A DNA stretch of 54,621 nucleotides from an uncultured Fibrobacterota bacterium (GCA_963729895.1 CAVSQB010000033.1:1-54621), one strand, 5' to 3'; shown: positions 16,318-26,620, counted from the first letter of the stretch. Notes: generated by a model from the sequence alone, not told the origin. Made by a program: numbers and translations.

Positions 16318-17624
16318 CAGCCCTGTCCGGCTAAACCTCTTGACCAATGGCTAATAGAATGATAATTGCACTGGAGCGGAGCGCAAAGAACGTAACCGCT
16401 CGTAATTGACCCGTAGTAATTCAATCAAGCTTTCAAAACCAAGCAGCCTTTCTCGGATAACCCGCAGTAATTCCAGCATGGTGAAGGCATACCGTGCTTG
16501 GAATTTTATAAACGACAACAGGAGATACAAGATCATGGCTATCCACACCTGTGTCATTACCGCGTTTTCGCTGGTCCCGTAGAACGTCTTTATCTTCAAG
16601 TGCTGCTTGATCCACTTGAAAAATGTTTCTATCTCCCATCTTCCCTTGTACAGTGCAGCAATTGTCGTTGCCGACAACGTGAAATTGTTCGTCAGAAAGA
16701 CCAGGTTCTTGTTTAACTCCTTGTTGTAATACTGTATCAGTCGCAGCTTCTCCGGATATGCCTTGCTTTCGTAAAAATTCGACATTTCGACTTCCTGATC
16801 ACGGATAATTCCGCGTCTTACGTTCGGTTCTTTGTGCTGTCCGACAAGATGATATGCCATGTTGGATTTTGCCAGGATCACGAATGTAACACCAGTCGTA
16901 TGCAGTGAATGAAGCCAGCCAAAATCTGTGTAGCCTCGATCAATGGTGAGGATGCTGTCCGGCGGAAGCGCAGGAAAATCATATTCGGCATCTTTCACCA
17001 CCCGAATGTCATGGACTTTCCCGTCCGTCATCCGGATAAACGACGGTAGGTAACCGTCATGGTCCAGAAGCATATGAAGTTTCAATCCACCTTTGCGCCT
17101 GCGATACCGTGCCCATGGAAACGATGACAGACATACGCTGATCAAGGTTGAATCATGCGTAAATACCGGAACCTTTACCCGAAAGTCATGACGAGGTGCC
17201 AATCGCTGGCATTTATCCAGAAACTGATAGAAAAGATCTTCAAACATCTTGTATGGCCGGAGAGCGAGTGCATCTGCCAGTGTACTGCGGGCTACACTCG
17301 CAAGACCAATATGTTCCCACTTATCCGCATTGCTCTTCAGACACGCTTCTACATCCCGAAAGCTGACCAAATCCTTTACCAGCGAAAAGAGCAAAATCTG
17401 CATCTCCTGCCAGCAGGTCATGCTCTTTACGTACCTGTCTCCTTCGTACCGATTAACAATGCGCCAGAATCCCTTCCGATTCAACAGTTGCGTTATCTGA
17501 TTGAATATTGTATTTCTTCTGTTCAAGGGCTGCCTCCTCTTTTTAATCGTCAAAAACTAAACCTTCAACGATAAAAATAGGTTGGTAGCCCTTCTCTTGT
17601 TGTCAATTTAACCGGACACTACTG
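16318..17624 (-). mobile_element. IS4-family insertion sequence
   Basis: IRs CAGCCCTGTCCGGCTAAA / TTTAACCGGACACTACTG; no clean TSD. Confidence 0.88.
16351..17526 (-). CDS. IS4-family transposase (DUF4372 + DDE)
   Basis: NTIFNQ.., RSTLADA, DSTLI, KLH, IDRGY, YKGRWEIETFFKWIKQHL. TTG start after GAGGAGG. Confidence 0.92.
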   Translation of the reverse strand: MNRRNTIFNQITQLLNRKGFWRIVNRYEGDRYVKSMTCWQEMQILLFSLVKDLVSFRDVEACLKSNADKWEHIGLASVARSTLADALALRPYKMFEDLFYQFLDKCQRLAPRHDFRVKVPVFTHDSTLISVCLSSFPWARYRRRKGGLKLHMLLDHDGYLPSFIRMTDGKVHDIRVVKDAEYDFPALPPDSILTIDRGYTDFGWLHSLHTTGVTFVILAKSNMAYHLVGQHKEPNVRRGIIRDQEVEMSNFYESKAYPEKLRLIQYYNKELNKNLVFLTNNFTLSATTIAALYKGRWEIETFFKWIKQHLKIKTFYGTSENAVMTQVWIAMILYLLLSFIKFQARYAFTMLELLRVIRERLLGFESLIELLRVNYERLRSLRSAPVQLSFY

Positions 17625-17657
17625 ATTCTTTATATTGTCTTGATCCGAGGCCGATTT

Positions 17658-18116
17658 ATGCAACCTGTACCAACCTTCCTTTCTTTTCCGGGATGCCGCG
17701 CCTGCCTGGCAAAACCGTGCGACCGGCTTAGGTTCGGCCGCGTGTTTCCCGGCAAATTCCTGTTTGTTCACAAACGACGCTGCGGCGCGGCGGCCTGGGA
17801 CTGCCCGTTTGTCGCCGGATCGTTTGAAGAAGTGCGGCAGCTTGCTCGAACAACAACCCTCATTGATCTTGTCGGGTTTGTTGACGACCTCGCTTCCCGG
17901 CTTTCGGTGGAGGAACATCTGCGGTTCTCCCAGCAATCCTACGTTGCAGGCTACTTCGATATCGAAGGCCGGCTCAAGTATCTTGAGGCCCTATGGAACC
18001 ACGGCAGCCTGACCGTTGTCCGCGTTCCACAGGATTTCCTTGCCCATGAAAAGCTCGCGGCGTGGCTTCTTGCAAACGAAAGGCTTGCACGTTCTATTCG
18101 AAACACGGCCGTTTGA
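17658..18116 (+). CDS. Hypothetical protein with Cys-rich N-terminus
   Basis: ORF with a GAGG RBS, co-oriented with and 15 bp upstream of the LysM gene. Confidence 0.5.
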   Translation: MQPVPTFLSFPGCRACLAKPCDRLRFGRVFPGKFLFVHKRRCGAAAWDCPFVAGSFEEVRQLARTTTLIDLVGFVDDLASRLSVEEHLRFSQQSYVAGYFDIEGRLKYLEALWNHGSLTVVRVPQDFLAHEKLAAWLLANERLARSIRNTAV

Positions 18117-18131
18117 TTGAAAGGACGGACC

Positions 18132-20300
18132 ATGGCTGACTATAAGGTAGTTTCCGGCGACACGTTCGCCTCGCTGGCAAAACGGTTCTTTGGGGATGAA
18201 TCCGCGTCAAAGGCGCTTGCCTTGTGCAACAAGATGAAAGACGATTCTCAACCGCCGTCCGAAGGAACCGTTTTGTCGATTCCGCCGCGCCTGTACGGTG
18301 TAAAATCGCAGGAGACCAAAGAAAACACTGCCACGGTCACCCTTTCTCTTCTTCTCCAAAAGCAAGATGATGTGGTGATATTCTATTCGCCCGGCACCAA
18401 GAAATATTGCATCCTGGATGCGGCAAAGGACGATGCCCTTTCCGCTTTCCGCGACGAACTCTCGGCGACAAAAGACCTGGCGCAGAAGATCCTTGATGGA
18501 TGGCAGGGCCAGGATTTTGCCGCAATGCTTTCCACCATGCAGCAGCTGTCGCGCGATGTGGAAACCTTCTTCGACGGCCTGCCGACTTCCCCGTCGGAGG
18601 CATTGGACGAACTCCTGCTCGTCACCAAGCATCCGAAATGGGACGAAGAGGCCAAAAGGCTTTTTGTGAGGCCGGGCAGGCTCAAAACCCAGGGAACCTG
18701 GAAAGATGCGTCCGACACCACCGTGCGCGATATCCTCAAGGCGCTCAAAGACCGTACCGACGACTGCGGCCTGGACACGTCGGTGCTCTCGGCGCTCTGC
18801 GACAACGCGCAGGACAAGGAGGCGTGGCCCTGGCTGTGGAACTTTGCAGATGCACAATCGGGGGCGGCAGCCGCGGCCGATCGTTTTTCCTCGGCCGTGG
18901 GCGCTCAATTCGTCCGGTTTGCGGCCGGCTGCGGATTGTCCGACGAACTCGACGAAATAGAGAAGAAGCTGACGCTCGGCAGAAGCGGCGACTTGACATT
19001 CTCGCTTACGACCGGGACCCTCTCGGGCTCCTGGTATCTTCCCCAGGAATCCGGCGTCAACCTGTTCGACCTGTTCGGCGTATCGCAATCCCCTCAGGGC
19101 GACGCGCTGACCTGCCTCCTCAGGTTCCAGATCGACGCCAGCGGTTATGCGTGCGCCGACAGCGAATTATCCCATTTTGTGTCCCTGCCCGGCCTTTCGC
19201 TGGGAAATCCGGTGACGTTACCCCAAGCCGGCTCGCGCGGCAGCGGTTCGGCAAGCGGCCAGGGAACCCTCAACGGCGCCATCAGCTGGAGCCCGAACCA
19301 AAACCAGGAGTTTGCCGCGCTTGCCACGGCCGATCTTACCGCGCAGCTCGGTGCAAGCCAGCAGCTCTCTTTTGCTTTTTCGGACAAGACCCTGCACTGC
19401 GCAGTGCCGCTCAAGAACATCAAGGGTCTTTCCGGAAACGGGTCCCTGGCCTTTGACGTGAACTCGGATGAAGCAATGCGCCTTGTGGAATACGTGTTTG
19501 GATGCGTGATGCAGAAGTATCTTTCCGCATTTGGCGGAAAGCCGGACGGGTTGTCGATCCTTGCCGCTTCGCCGTTCAAGAATGTCATCGACTCCATCGA
19601 GCAAAAGGCGGCGACGGTCACGGATGCCGCGAAATCGCTGCTCTCGTGGTTTAATAACGGATCGGTCATCGATGGAACTGCAAACGCCAAATGGTGCGTT
19701 CCCGACAACCAGGGGTTCGATCTCATCGCCGTTATTGAGGCCGTTCCCCTGCTTGCCGGCCTGCTCAAACCGGGCGTAAATTGCTTTGTTCGAATGCGGA
19801 TTGAGTTGTCCGGCTACGCGTTCGGGTCCGCGGGACCTGCCGGAGGCCCGTCGCTTCCCGGAGGGATACCATCCGTTGCCATGGCAGCGGCCGGCCAGGG
19901 CCAGCTTTCGGCAACGGTTGAATGGCGGGAATCTTCGGACTCCCAGTTCCGAACGCTCGGCAAGATACAGACCATGGCTGCGCTGTCGGGCTATGCCGGC
20001 GCGGCTTTCCCGGTTCCCCTTGCCGTGGAACACAAGAACGGGACCCTGTCGGGCGTTCTGTCCTTAAAAGCAATTCCGGGCCTCGGTTCCAGCCAGGCAG
20101 GCGCCGTCGCATTTACGGCTTCGGGCGCCGAGGCCGATGCATTTGTCAATCACCTGTTTTCCAGCCTGACGGTGGACCTGTCCTCGTTTATGCCCGCGGG
20201 AGCCGCCCAGGGGGCGGCGTCCGCAGCCGGTTTGGCCCAGGCGATCGATCCCAACGTTTCCAAAGACGCGGCACAAGCCGCAAAAAACCTGTTCGGTTGA
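18132..20300 (+). CDS. LysM-domain protein with an internally duplicated beta-rich domain, T6SS-associated
   Basis: N-terminal YKVVSGDTFASLAKRF...LSIP (LysM); directly upstream of vgrG. Confidence 0.75.
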   Translation: MADYKVVSGDTFASLAKRFFGDESASKALALCNKMKDDSQPPSEGTVLSIPPRLYGVKSQETKENTATVTLSLLLQKQDDVVIFYSPGTKKYCILDAAKDDALSAFRDELSATKDLAQKILDGWQGQDFAAMLSTMQQLSRDVETFFDGLPTSPSEALDELLLVTKHPKWDEEAKRLFVRPGRLKTQGTWKDASDTTVRDILKALKDRTDDCGLDTSVLSALCDNAQDKEAWPWLWNFADAQSGAAAAADRFSSAVGAQFVRFAAGCGLSDELDEIEKKLTLGRSGDLTFSLTTGTLSGSWYLPQESGVNLFDLFGVSQSPQGDALTCLLRFQIDASGYACADSELSHFVSLPGLSLGNPVTLPQAGSRGSGSASGQGTLNGAISWSPNQNQEFAALATADLTAQLGASQQLSFAFSDKTLHCAVPLKNIKGLSGNGSLAFDVNSDEAMRLVEYVFGCVMQKYLSAFGGKPDGLSILAASPFKNVIDSIEQKAATVTDAAKSLLSWFNNGSVIDGTANAKWCVPDNQGFDLIAVIEAVPLLAGLLKPGVNCFVRMRIELSGYAFGSAGPAGGPSLPGGIPSVAMAAAGQGQLSATVEWRESSDSQFRTLGKIQTMAALSGYAGAAFPVPLAVEHKNGTLSGVLSLKAIPGLGSSQAGAVAFTASGAEADAFVNHLFSSLTVDLSSFMPAGAAQGAASAAGLAQAIDPNVSKDAAQAAKNLFG

Positions 20301-20345
20301 CAAAGACTAACCCGTGGTCGCTGATACATAGCAAGGAGGCCTCTG

Positions 20346-22517
20346 ATGCCGTCACGAAAAGCCAACCAGGCCCAGTTCTATTTCTTTTCCGGAGGAATTG
20401 CGCCGGAAACCTTTGAGGTGATAAATTTCTCCGGCACCGACAGAATTTCCAGCGTGTACAAATTCGGCATTATGCTCATCTCCCCAAAAGCCGACATTTC
20501 GCCCGACGACGTGGTCAACAAAGCGGGCACTCTCTACGTTTATCGCGACGGCGAATACTACCCCTACTCGGGCATCGTGTCGGAATTCCGTTTCGTGGGC
20601 AAGAGCCTCGACCGGGCCACCTACGCGCTCACGCTTGTGCCGCGGCTGTGGCTCCTCAACCTGAGCGTGCAGACCCGTATTTTCCAGAAGAAGAAGGTAA
20701 ACCAGATCATCAAGCTGGTGCTCGACGGCGCGAACCTGTCGGACTATTGCACGTTCCAGGTTGACGACGGAAAGTACTCCGAACAGGAATATGTTGTCCA
20801 GTACCAGGAATCGGACCTCAACTTCATTTCGAGACTCATGGAGGCAAACGGCATCTGGTATTTCTTCAACGAAAACCCCGTGCTCGCCGAGGAACTCGAC
20901 GGCAGCTGCGGTGCGGAAAAGCTGGTTGTGTCCGACAAGCCGTCGTCGTTCGAATTCGTGGCCACGGCGTCGGACGTGCTGTTCCGGTCTGTTTCCGGCA
21001 TGGCCGAACAGATTGACAAAGACGACAGGGAATCGATCCACGGTTTCGAGTCATTCCGGCAGATCGTACCGAAGGACGTTCTTCTCAAGGACTACAACTA
21101 TCGCACTCCGGAAATAGACCTCAAGGGCCGGAAATCCATAAAAGCCGGCGATGTGGGGACCGTGTATTCCTACGGCGGCCATTTTAAAAATACCACCGAA
21201 GCCGACCGGCTTGCGGAAATCGCGGCGAACCGCTTCGCGTGCCAACGGCTCACCTATGACGGCACGGGCAATTGCAGAGGGCTGCGTGCGGCAAAGCGAT
21301 TCACTCTGCAGGAGCATTTTCTGGACCCGGTAAACGGCAAGTATGTGGTGACCGAAGTGGCACACCAGGGCAGCCACACCATGGAAGGAGACAGCGCCAA
21401 CGTTTACACGTATGTCAATCACTTCTCATGCATCCCGGCAGAGCAGGCTGACCTGTTCAGGCCCATGCCCAGAACGCCTTCCCCCCGCATCAGCGGCATC
21501 ATGACCGCGCAGATTGAGGCCAACGGTTCGAGCTACGCCAGCCTCGACGACATGGGGCGGTACAAGGTGCGTATGCCGTTCGACCTGTCAAACGCGAAGA
21601 ACTACGAGGCGTCGAGGTATGTCCGTCTCGCCCAGCCGTACGCAGGTTCAAATTACGGCATGCATTTCCCCTCGCACGAAAACACAGAAATGGTCTGGGC
21701 GTGCGTGGACGGTAATCCCGACCGGCCGCTCGGCCTCGCCACCGTGCCGAACGCGAACACCGTTTCGCCCGTAGTAAGCTCCAATAAGCAACAAAACGTG
21801 ATTCGCACCGCCGGCGGAAACGAATTCGTGCTTGACGATACCGACGCGAAGCAAAAAGCCAGCCTTACCACCAAATCGGGGCACACGCTGGTGATGGACG
21901 ACGATGTGAAATGCGTCTTCGTACAGACCAAGGACCAAAACAAGCTGCTCCTCGACGACAAGAACGAGGCCGCCTCGTGGAACGCAAAGAGCCATACCAT
22001 CACCATGACGTACAAGAGCGGCAGCGAAGGCATCGTGATCACAACGGCGGACGGCCACATCATCAATATCGACGACAAGAACAAGAAATTGACAATTCAG
22101 ACCAAGGCCGGAAATGTCATGGAGATGGACGACAACGGCAAGAAGATCGGCCTCACCGATGCCGCGGGCAAGAACAAGGTGACGCTCGACGGAAACGGCG
22201 GCAAGCTGCTGCTGGATTCTCAAGGAGAAATCACCATCAGCGCGTCCCAGGACCTTTCGATAAAGGCAGCCAACATCAAGCTCGAATCCCAGGGGAAAAT
22301 CGAGCAGAAGGCGACCGGCGAATTCACGATGGCCGGAATGAAAATAAGCGGAAAAGCGGACATGGACGTTGAGCTCAAGGGTATGAACATCACCATGGAA
22401 GCGCAGATGAACGCATCGCTCAAGGGCGGCATGCAGACAACCGTACACGGGACGATGACCGAGCTATCCGGGGATGCCATGACAAAAGTAAAGGGCGGCA
22501 TTGTGATGATAAACTGA
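20346..22517 (+). CDS. vgrG: Type VI secretion tip protein VgrG/TssI
   Basis: LVPRLWLL...RIFQ, VQYQESDLNFISRLMEANGIWYFF, DYNYRTP, DDMGRYKVRMPFD, GMHFP, DGNPDRP, beta-helix tail. Confidence 0.95.
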   Translation: MPSRKANQAQFYFFSGGIAPETFEVINFSGTDRISSVYKFGIMLISPKADISPDDVVNKAGTLYVYRDGEYYPYSGIVSEFRFVGKSLDRATYALTLVPRLWLLNLSVQTRIFQKKKVNQIIKLVLDGANLSDYCTFQVDDGKYSEQEYVVQYQESDLNFISRLMEANGIWYFFNENPVLAEELDGSCGAEKLVVSDKPSSFEFVATASDVLFRSVSGMAEQIDKDDRESIHGFESFRQIVPKDVLLKDYNYRTPEIDLKGRKSIKAGDVGTVYSYGGHFKNTTEADRLAEIAANRFACQRLTYDGTGNCRGLRAAKRFTLQEHFLDPVNGKYVVTEVAHQGSHTMEGDSANVYTYVNHFSCIPAEQADLFRPMPRTPSPRISGIMTAQIEANGSSYASLDDMGRYKVRMPFDLSNAKNYEASRYVRLAQPYAGSNYGMHFPSHENTEMVWACVDGNPDRPLGLATVPNANTVSPVVSSNKQQNVIRTAGGNEFVLDDTDAKQKASLTTKSGHTLVMDDDVKCVFVQTKDQNKLLLDDKNEAASWNAKSHTITMTYKSGSEGIVITTADGHIINIDDKNKKLTIQTKAGNVMEMDDNGKKIGLTDAAGKNKVTLDGNGGKLLLDSQGEITISASQDLSIKAANIKLESQGKIEQKATGEFTMAGMKISGKADMDVELKGMNITMEAQMNASLKGGMQTTVHGTMTELSGDAMTKVKGGIVMIN

Positions 22518-22673
22518 TGTAGATTTACGGGGGAGCTTGACCCGATTGATGAGCTCCCGGAAAGTTAAATCGTCCGGTTCTGCCGCAATTATCTTGGTAC
22601 TTTGCGTCCCTGGCCTGCAAATGCCATTTTTATGCCGGTCTGTGAATCGGCCAACCTTTTCAAAGGAAGCGCC

Positions 22674-23732
22674 ATGAACCGTTTTCGCAAAAGACAGCCC
22701 ACCGTCTTTTCCGCAAAACTGCTTTTCCTCCTGACATTGTCCGCGCTGTTCTGTTCAAGCAGCGCAGCCGTGTTTCTGGTGACCGACACCGTTGTCGTGG
22801 GAGGGCAGACCGCCATTGTTCGCGGATCCTCAGAACTTCCGGGAAGCAAGACCGACCCCACTTCCAACGTACTCCTGCACATGTTCGACACTGACTCGAC
22901 AACCTGTTGGTTTGAGGGCAGCCAGACGAGCGGGCAAGGCGAATGGATCGAAATCAGATTTCCAAACAAAAGGAAGATCAAGGGCATGATCTTTGGCGCC
23001 GGGTGCAGACAGGACTACATCTGCCTCGGGGACAACAGCGTGCCGTCGAAGATAAAAATACGGCTTGACGAGAAAGCCCCATTCGATTTCACCTTCGACT
23101 GGGACGCCCGCGAGGGCCCGCCTGCCACTCTCACCGAAGAAGAAGTTAATATGCGCGAAAGCCTCTTCTGGTTCGACTCAGACACGGCGTTCAGCTCCAC
23201 GGTTTTCCAGATCAAGTTCGAGGAGGTACGAAAAGGCGCACGCTACGACAAACTCGCCATGTCCGATTTCGAGCTCATCGATCCTTCGGATACCCGCTTC
23301 GGGCTTTTCGATATCCTTTCGCCGCTCACCATAAATCCCAACGACCTCGGCACCATCAATTCGCCGGGCCTGCTTATCGGTGACGACGGGCCGGGCCGGA
23401 TCAAGGAATTCGTAGACAGCGTTTACAGCAAGGAATCGTCCGCCGACTGGAAACAGGATTCGGCTAAGATCGACCAGGGCATCAACGCCGGCATGCACAC
23501 GATAAGCGACGGGAACCAAATCGCACAGCTTATTACGGTACTCAAGCAGCTCCTTATCAAGAACGACAAAATGGTGCGATTTCGCCAGGAAGGCCGCGTC
23601 ACCACGTACATGTTGCAGGACGGCACTATTTACCTGGGCGGGAAACAGTGGGATATCTGGCGATATTTCTCCACAATCCAGACGTCAAAGGGAATCGAGT
23701 TGACAATACGATACGTCCCGTTTGCAAATTAA
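22674..23732 (+). CDS. Secreted protein with discoidin/NADase-type glycan-binding-like domain
   Basis: Signal peptide; MFDTDSTTCWFEG...GQGEWIEIRF motif. Confidence 0.65.
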   Translation: MNRFRKRQPTVFSAKLLFLLTLSALFCSSSAAVFLVTDTVVVGGQTAIVRGSSELPGSKTDPTSNVLLHMFDTDSTTCWFEGSQTSGQGEWIEIRFPNKRKIKGMIFGAGCRQDYICLGDNSVPSKIKIRLDEKAPFDFTFDWDAREGPPATLTEEEVNMRESLFWFDSDTAFSSTVFQIKFEEVRKGARYDKLAMSDFELIDPSDTRFGLFDILSPLTINPNDLGTINSPGLLIGDDGPGRIKEFVDSVYSKESSADWKQDSAKIDQGINAGMHTISDGNQIAQLITVLKQLLIKNDKMVRFRQEGRVTTYMLQDGTIYLGGKQWDIWRYFSTIQTSKGIELTIRYVPFAN

Positions 23733-23840
23733 GGTGCGTCTTTGAGCGCGGATTTCCTACCAGGAAGATCGGCGAGCGAACCGGATATCCACAGTTCCGG
23801 GCCAAAAGGTGAGCCCCGGGAAACCTTACGGTCTCGGTCC

Positions 23841-24233
23841 TCATCGAGGTAAGTTTCCCACCAGTATCATCATCGCAGCAAACACCGTAGCGATTTGACC
23901 GACGCGGAAAAGAACATATTCGCCTCTGCCGCCCGTGGCCGCTGTTACAAACCCAAGAACGAGCAGCATGCCCGAACAGAGGAATGAAACGATTCTGGCG
24001 CTCAAATCGCGTTCTGCCATGGGTGCCGACACCACCACGACTATTCCGATAAAGCAAAGCGCAAGACCCTGAGTCACAAGGGCCATTGTCACCACGCGGC
24101 GGTGGTCGGTAATGACGAGTTTGAGGTCTTTGGCGATGGCGCCCGATCGCACACAGTAGGCGGCGCCGAGAACAGCCGTGAGAATGCCCGCCGCAACGGT
24201 GATCCAGAACGGCGGAATTGAAATAAAAGACAT
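23841..24233 (-). CDS. Small 4-TM membrane protein
   Basis: Four hydrophobic segments; follows mazG. Confidence 0.6.
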   Translation of the reverse strand: MSFISIPPFWITVAAGILTAVLGAAYCVRSGAIAKDLKLVITDHRRVVTMALVTQGLALCFIGIVVVVSAPMAERDLSARIVSFLCSGMLLVLGFVTAATGGRGEYVLFRVGQIATVFAAMMILVGNLPR

Positions 24234-24245
24234 GATGCGTGAACC

Positions 24246-25019
24246 TCACCCGACGCTTGTCTTGCTCTCTTCCCAGTATCTATCCATTTCTTCGAGGGGC
24301 GCGTTGTTGATGTCCTTGCCGAGCTCCTTGTATTTGTCCTCGATATAGCGGAAGCGTTCGGCGAACTTGTTGACCGTCACGCGCAGCGCGTCTTCCGCGG
24401 AAATGCGTTTGTGCCGGCCAACATTGACAAGAGCGAACAAAATGTCGCCCAGCTCCTCTTCCGCGTTCTTCTGGTTGCCCGCGGCGAGCGCTTGGCGGAA
24501 CTCGCCGAATTCCTCTTCCACTTTGTCGAGCACCGGCGCAATATCTTTCCAGTCAAAGCCGACTTTTGCCACCCGTCGCTGTATCTTTTCCGCCTTGAAA
24601 AGCGCCGGCAGTGCGTCGGGGATATCGTCAACGAGGTATTTGCGGTGTTCCTTTTCGTTTTTCTTGATTCGTTCCCAATTGTGAATCACGTCGGTCGACG
24701 AGCCCACGGTTACGTCGCCGAACACATGAGGGTGCCGGCGGATGAGTTTGTCGGCAATCCCGCGCGCCACATCTTCAAGGTCGAAACGTCCCTCGTCTTT
24801 CGCGATTTGCGCGTGAAGCACGACTTGCAAAAGAAGGTCGCCCAACTCTTCGGTCATCTTTCCGTTGTCGTTTTCGTCCACCGCTTCGAAGAATTCGTAT
24901 GCCTCGTCGATCAGGCACGACAGGATGCTTTTGTTGTTCTGTTCCCGGTCCCACGGGCATCCGCCCGGGGCGCGAAGTCTTGAAACAATGTCGACAAATC
25001 GGTCGAATTCTTTACCCAT
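24246..25019 (-). CDS. mazG: Nucleoside triphosphate pyrophosphohydrolase MazG
   Basis: LRAPGGCPWDREQ, EELGDLLLQVVLHA, KLIRRHPHVFG, GFDW, EELGDILF. Confidence 0.96.
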   Translation of the reverse strand: MGKEFDRFVDIVSRLRAPGGCPWDREQNNKSILSCLIDEAYEFFEAVDENDNGKMTEELGDLLLQVVLHAQIAKDEGRFDLEDVARGIADKLIRRHPHVFGDVTVGSSTDVIHNWERIKKNEKEHRKYLVDDIPDALPALFKAEKIQRRVAKVGFDWKDIAPVLDKVEEEFGEFRQALAAGNQKNAEEELGDILFALVNVGRHKRISAEDALRVTVNKFAERFRYIEDKYKELGKDINNAPLEEMDRYWEESKTSVG

Positions 25020-25137
25020 GAAGGATTATTCCTCAATCTATGGTGGCAACAAAGTGACGCAGTAACAAAGTAATAAAGTGAGAGGCTGGAACCTCGGCAT
25101 ACATTCCGCAATCCGCATTCTACAATCTACAATCATA

Positions 25138-25746
25138 TCAGCCCCGCCATTCCCCTTTGCCGATTCTCACAACAAGAGGATCCTTGCCTGTCAAGTCCAC
25201 AATGGTGGAACTGATCGGGTTCTCAAGCGGTCCCATGTCGAGCAGCACGTCCACCTCATGCATGATGACCGGCGCAATTTCGTCCGGATCGCCGCGAAGC
25301 TCGCTTTCCAGCCTGATGGACGCGTTGGCAAGCGGCTCGTCGAGCATCTTCACGAGCGAAAGACATACCGCGTTGTTCGGCATGCGCACACCGACCGTAC
25401 GGCGCCTTGGGCTCACCTTCTTGGGCACGTAGCTCGTCGCGGGGAGAATAAAAGTGTAGGGGCCGGGCAGGTAATGCTTCATGAGCTTAAAATGCGCGTT
25501 GCCGACCTGCACATACCTGCTCATCTGCGAAAAATCCGAGCAGATGAACGAGAAAAGGCTTTTCTTGTCCTTTTCAATGATTGTGCAGATTCTGTCGAGG
25601 GCCTTGGGGTTTGTGGCGCAGGCACCCATGCCGTACACGGTGTCGGTAGGATATACGCAAATGCCGTCTTCATGCCTCAGACTGTGCACGGCCTTTTCGA
25701 GTATCCGGACCTGCGGATTGACGGGATGAATCTTATAACGGATCAT
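25138..25746 (-). CDS. Sua5/YciO/YrdC family (threonylcarbamoyl-AMP synthase-like) protein
   Basis: VYPTDTVYG, LPGPYTFIL, TVGVRMP, STIVDLT. Confidence 0.92.
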   Translation of the reverse strand: MIRYKIHPVNPQVRILEKAVHSLRHEDGICVYPTDTVYGMGACATNPKALDRICTIIEKDKKSLFSFICSDFSQMSRYVQVGNAHFKLMKHYLPGPYTFILPATSYVPKKVSPRRRTVGVRMPNNAVCLSLVKMLDEPLANASIRLESELRGDPDEIAPVIMHEVDVLLDMGPLENPISSTIVDLTGKDPLVVRIGKGEWRG

Positions 25747-25774
25747 GCCGTTGTTCCCGACTGCTCACCTTGCG

Positions 25775-26008
25775 TCAAGTTTTCTCCCGATGCGTCTTTA
25801 CGAGCGATTCAATCTCGCCTTCGTCGGGAAACCGTCCGAGTTTCTTCTTTGAAAAGATCAGCTTCCCGTCCATTTCCACTTCGAAAACTCCGCCCCGGGA
25901 TTCGACGATCTGGGCATCGGCCCCGAATTTCTGTTTGAGTTCGTCCGCCAGACCGGCGGCCCGCGGCCGGTAGTTTCACATGCCGCAATAGGTGATCAGG
26001 AATTTCAT
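25775..26008 (-). CDS. SelT/SelW/SelH (Rdx) family selenoprotein, CxxU, 77 aa; not in the ORF track
   Basis: MKFLITYCGM-U-NYRPRAAGLADEL...GGVFEVEMDGKLIFSKKKLGRFPDEGEI. In-frame TGA at 25976-78, followed by SECIS-like hairpin CCGCC-GGUCU-GGCGG. Confidence 0.9.
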
Positions 26009-26437
26009 GGTAATGCCCCTCTGCCGTGACCAGGTTGACATGCGCTTGCAAAAGACCTGCCGGTATCGTCTCCGGAAGAAAGATTCTGTCTGGATAATTG
26101 TTCAAATCACTTTCACAACCCGGTGTTTCATGAAGTACATTTGTGGATAAGACATCGCAGTGGACGGTAAAACTCCACGTGTGCGGCCGTCTTTCGCGGG
26201 AGGACAAAAAAACTACGGCATCATCTTCGCTTAAGGCGTTAAGTGACCTCCGGCGTGCCGCGATCAGCCTCATATAGAAATATACGCTTGTGCGCGGCAG
26301 GGTCAAATATTTCTCTCTCGACTTTTTTGTTGGAGGATCATTCAATTTCTAAAGATATTTAACCGTATTACAAATTGAATGGCGGTTTTTAAGCGTACAA
26401 AGTAACCTTGTTAGGGTAAGGGTGCCGGGGAGTTTCC

Positions 26438-26620
26438 ATGGAAAACGGAAAAACATTCAGCAGAAAAAAAGAGTATCCTCAATCGCTTGTCAAATGCAGG
26501 ATCCCATTCCTTGAAGGCAGACCCAAGCGGGAAACCGCCATAAACCATGACGATTTGCTTAACCTTTCAATCGCGCTCCATACCTGCAAGACTGTGGAAG
26601 AATTTCTAAAGGTCTTGTGA
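26438..26620 (+). CDS. Small hypothetical protein (60 aa)
   Basis: GGGGAG RBS; amphipathic C-terminus DDLLNLSIALHTCKTVEEFL. Confidence 0.55.
   Translation: MENGKTFSRKKEYPQSLVKCRIPFLEGRPKRETAINHDDLLNLSIALHTCKTVEEFLKVL

Noticed and set aside
26089..26150. DnaA-box matches (TGTGGATAA at 26142; also 12952) as oriC
   Set aside because: There are only one or two boxes per site, with no cluster, no clear unwinding element and no origin-linked genes.
25809..26345. 178-aa minus-strand ORF from the track
   Set aside because: It overlaps the selenoprotein in another frame, and the Rdx reading has far better motif support.
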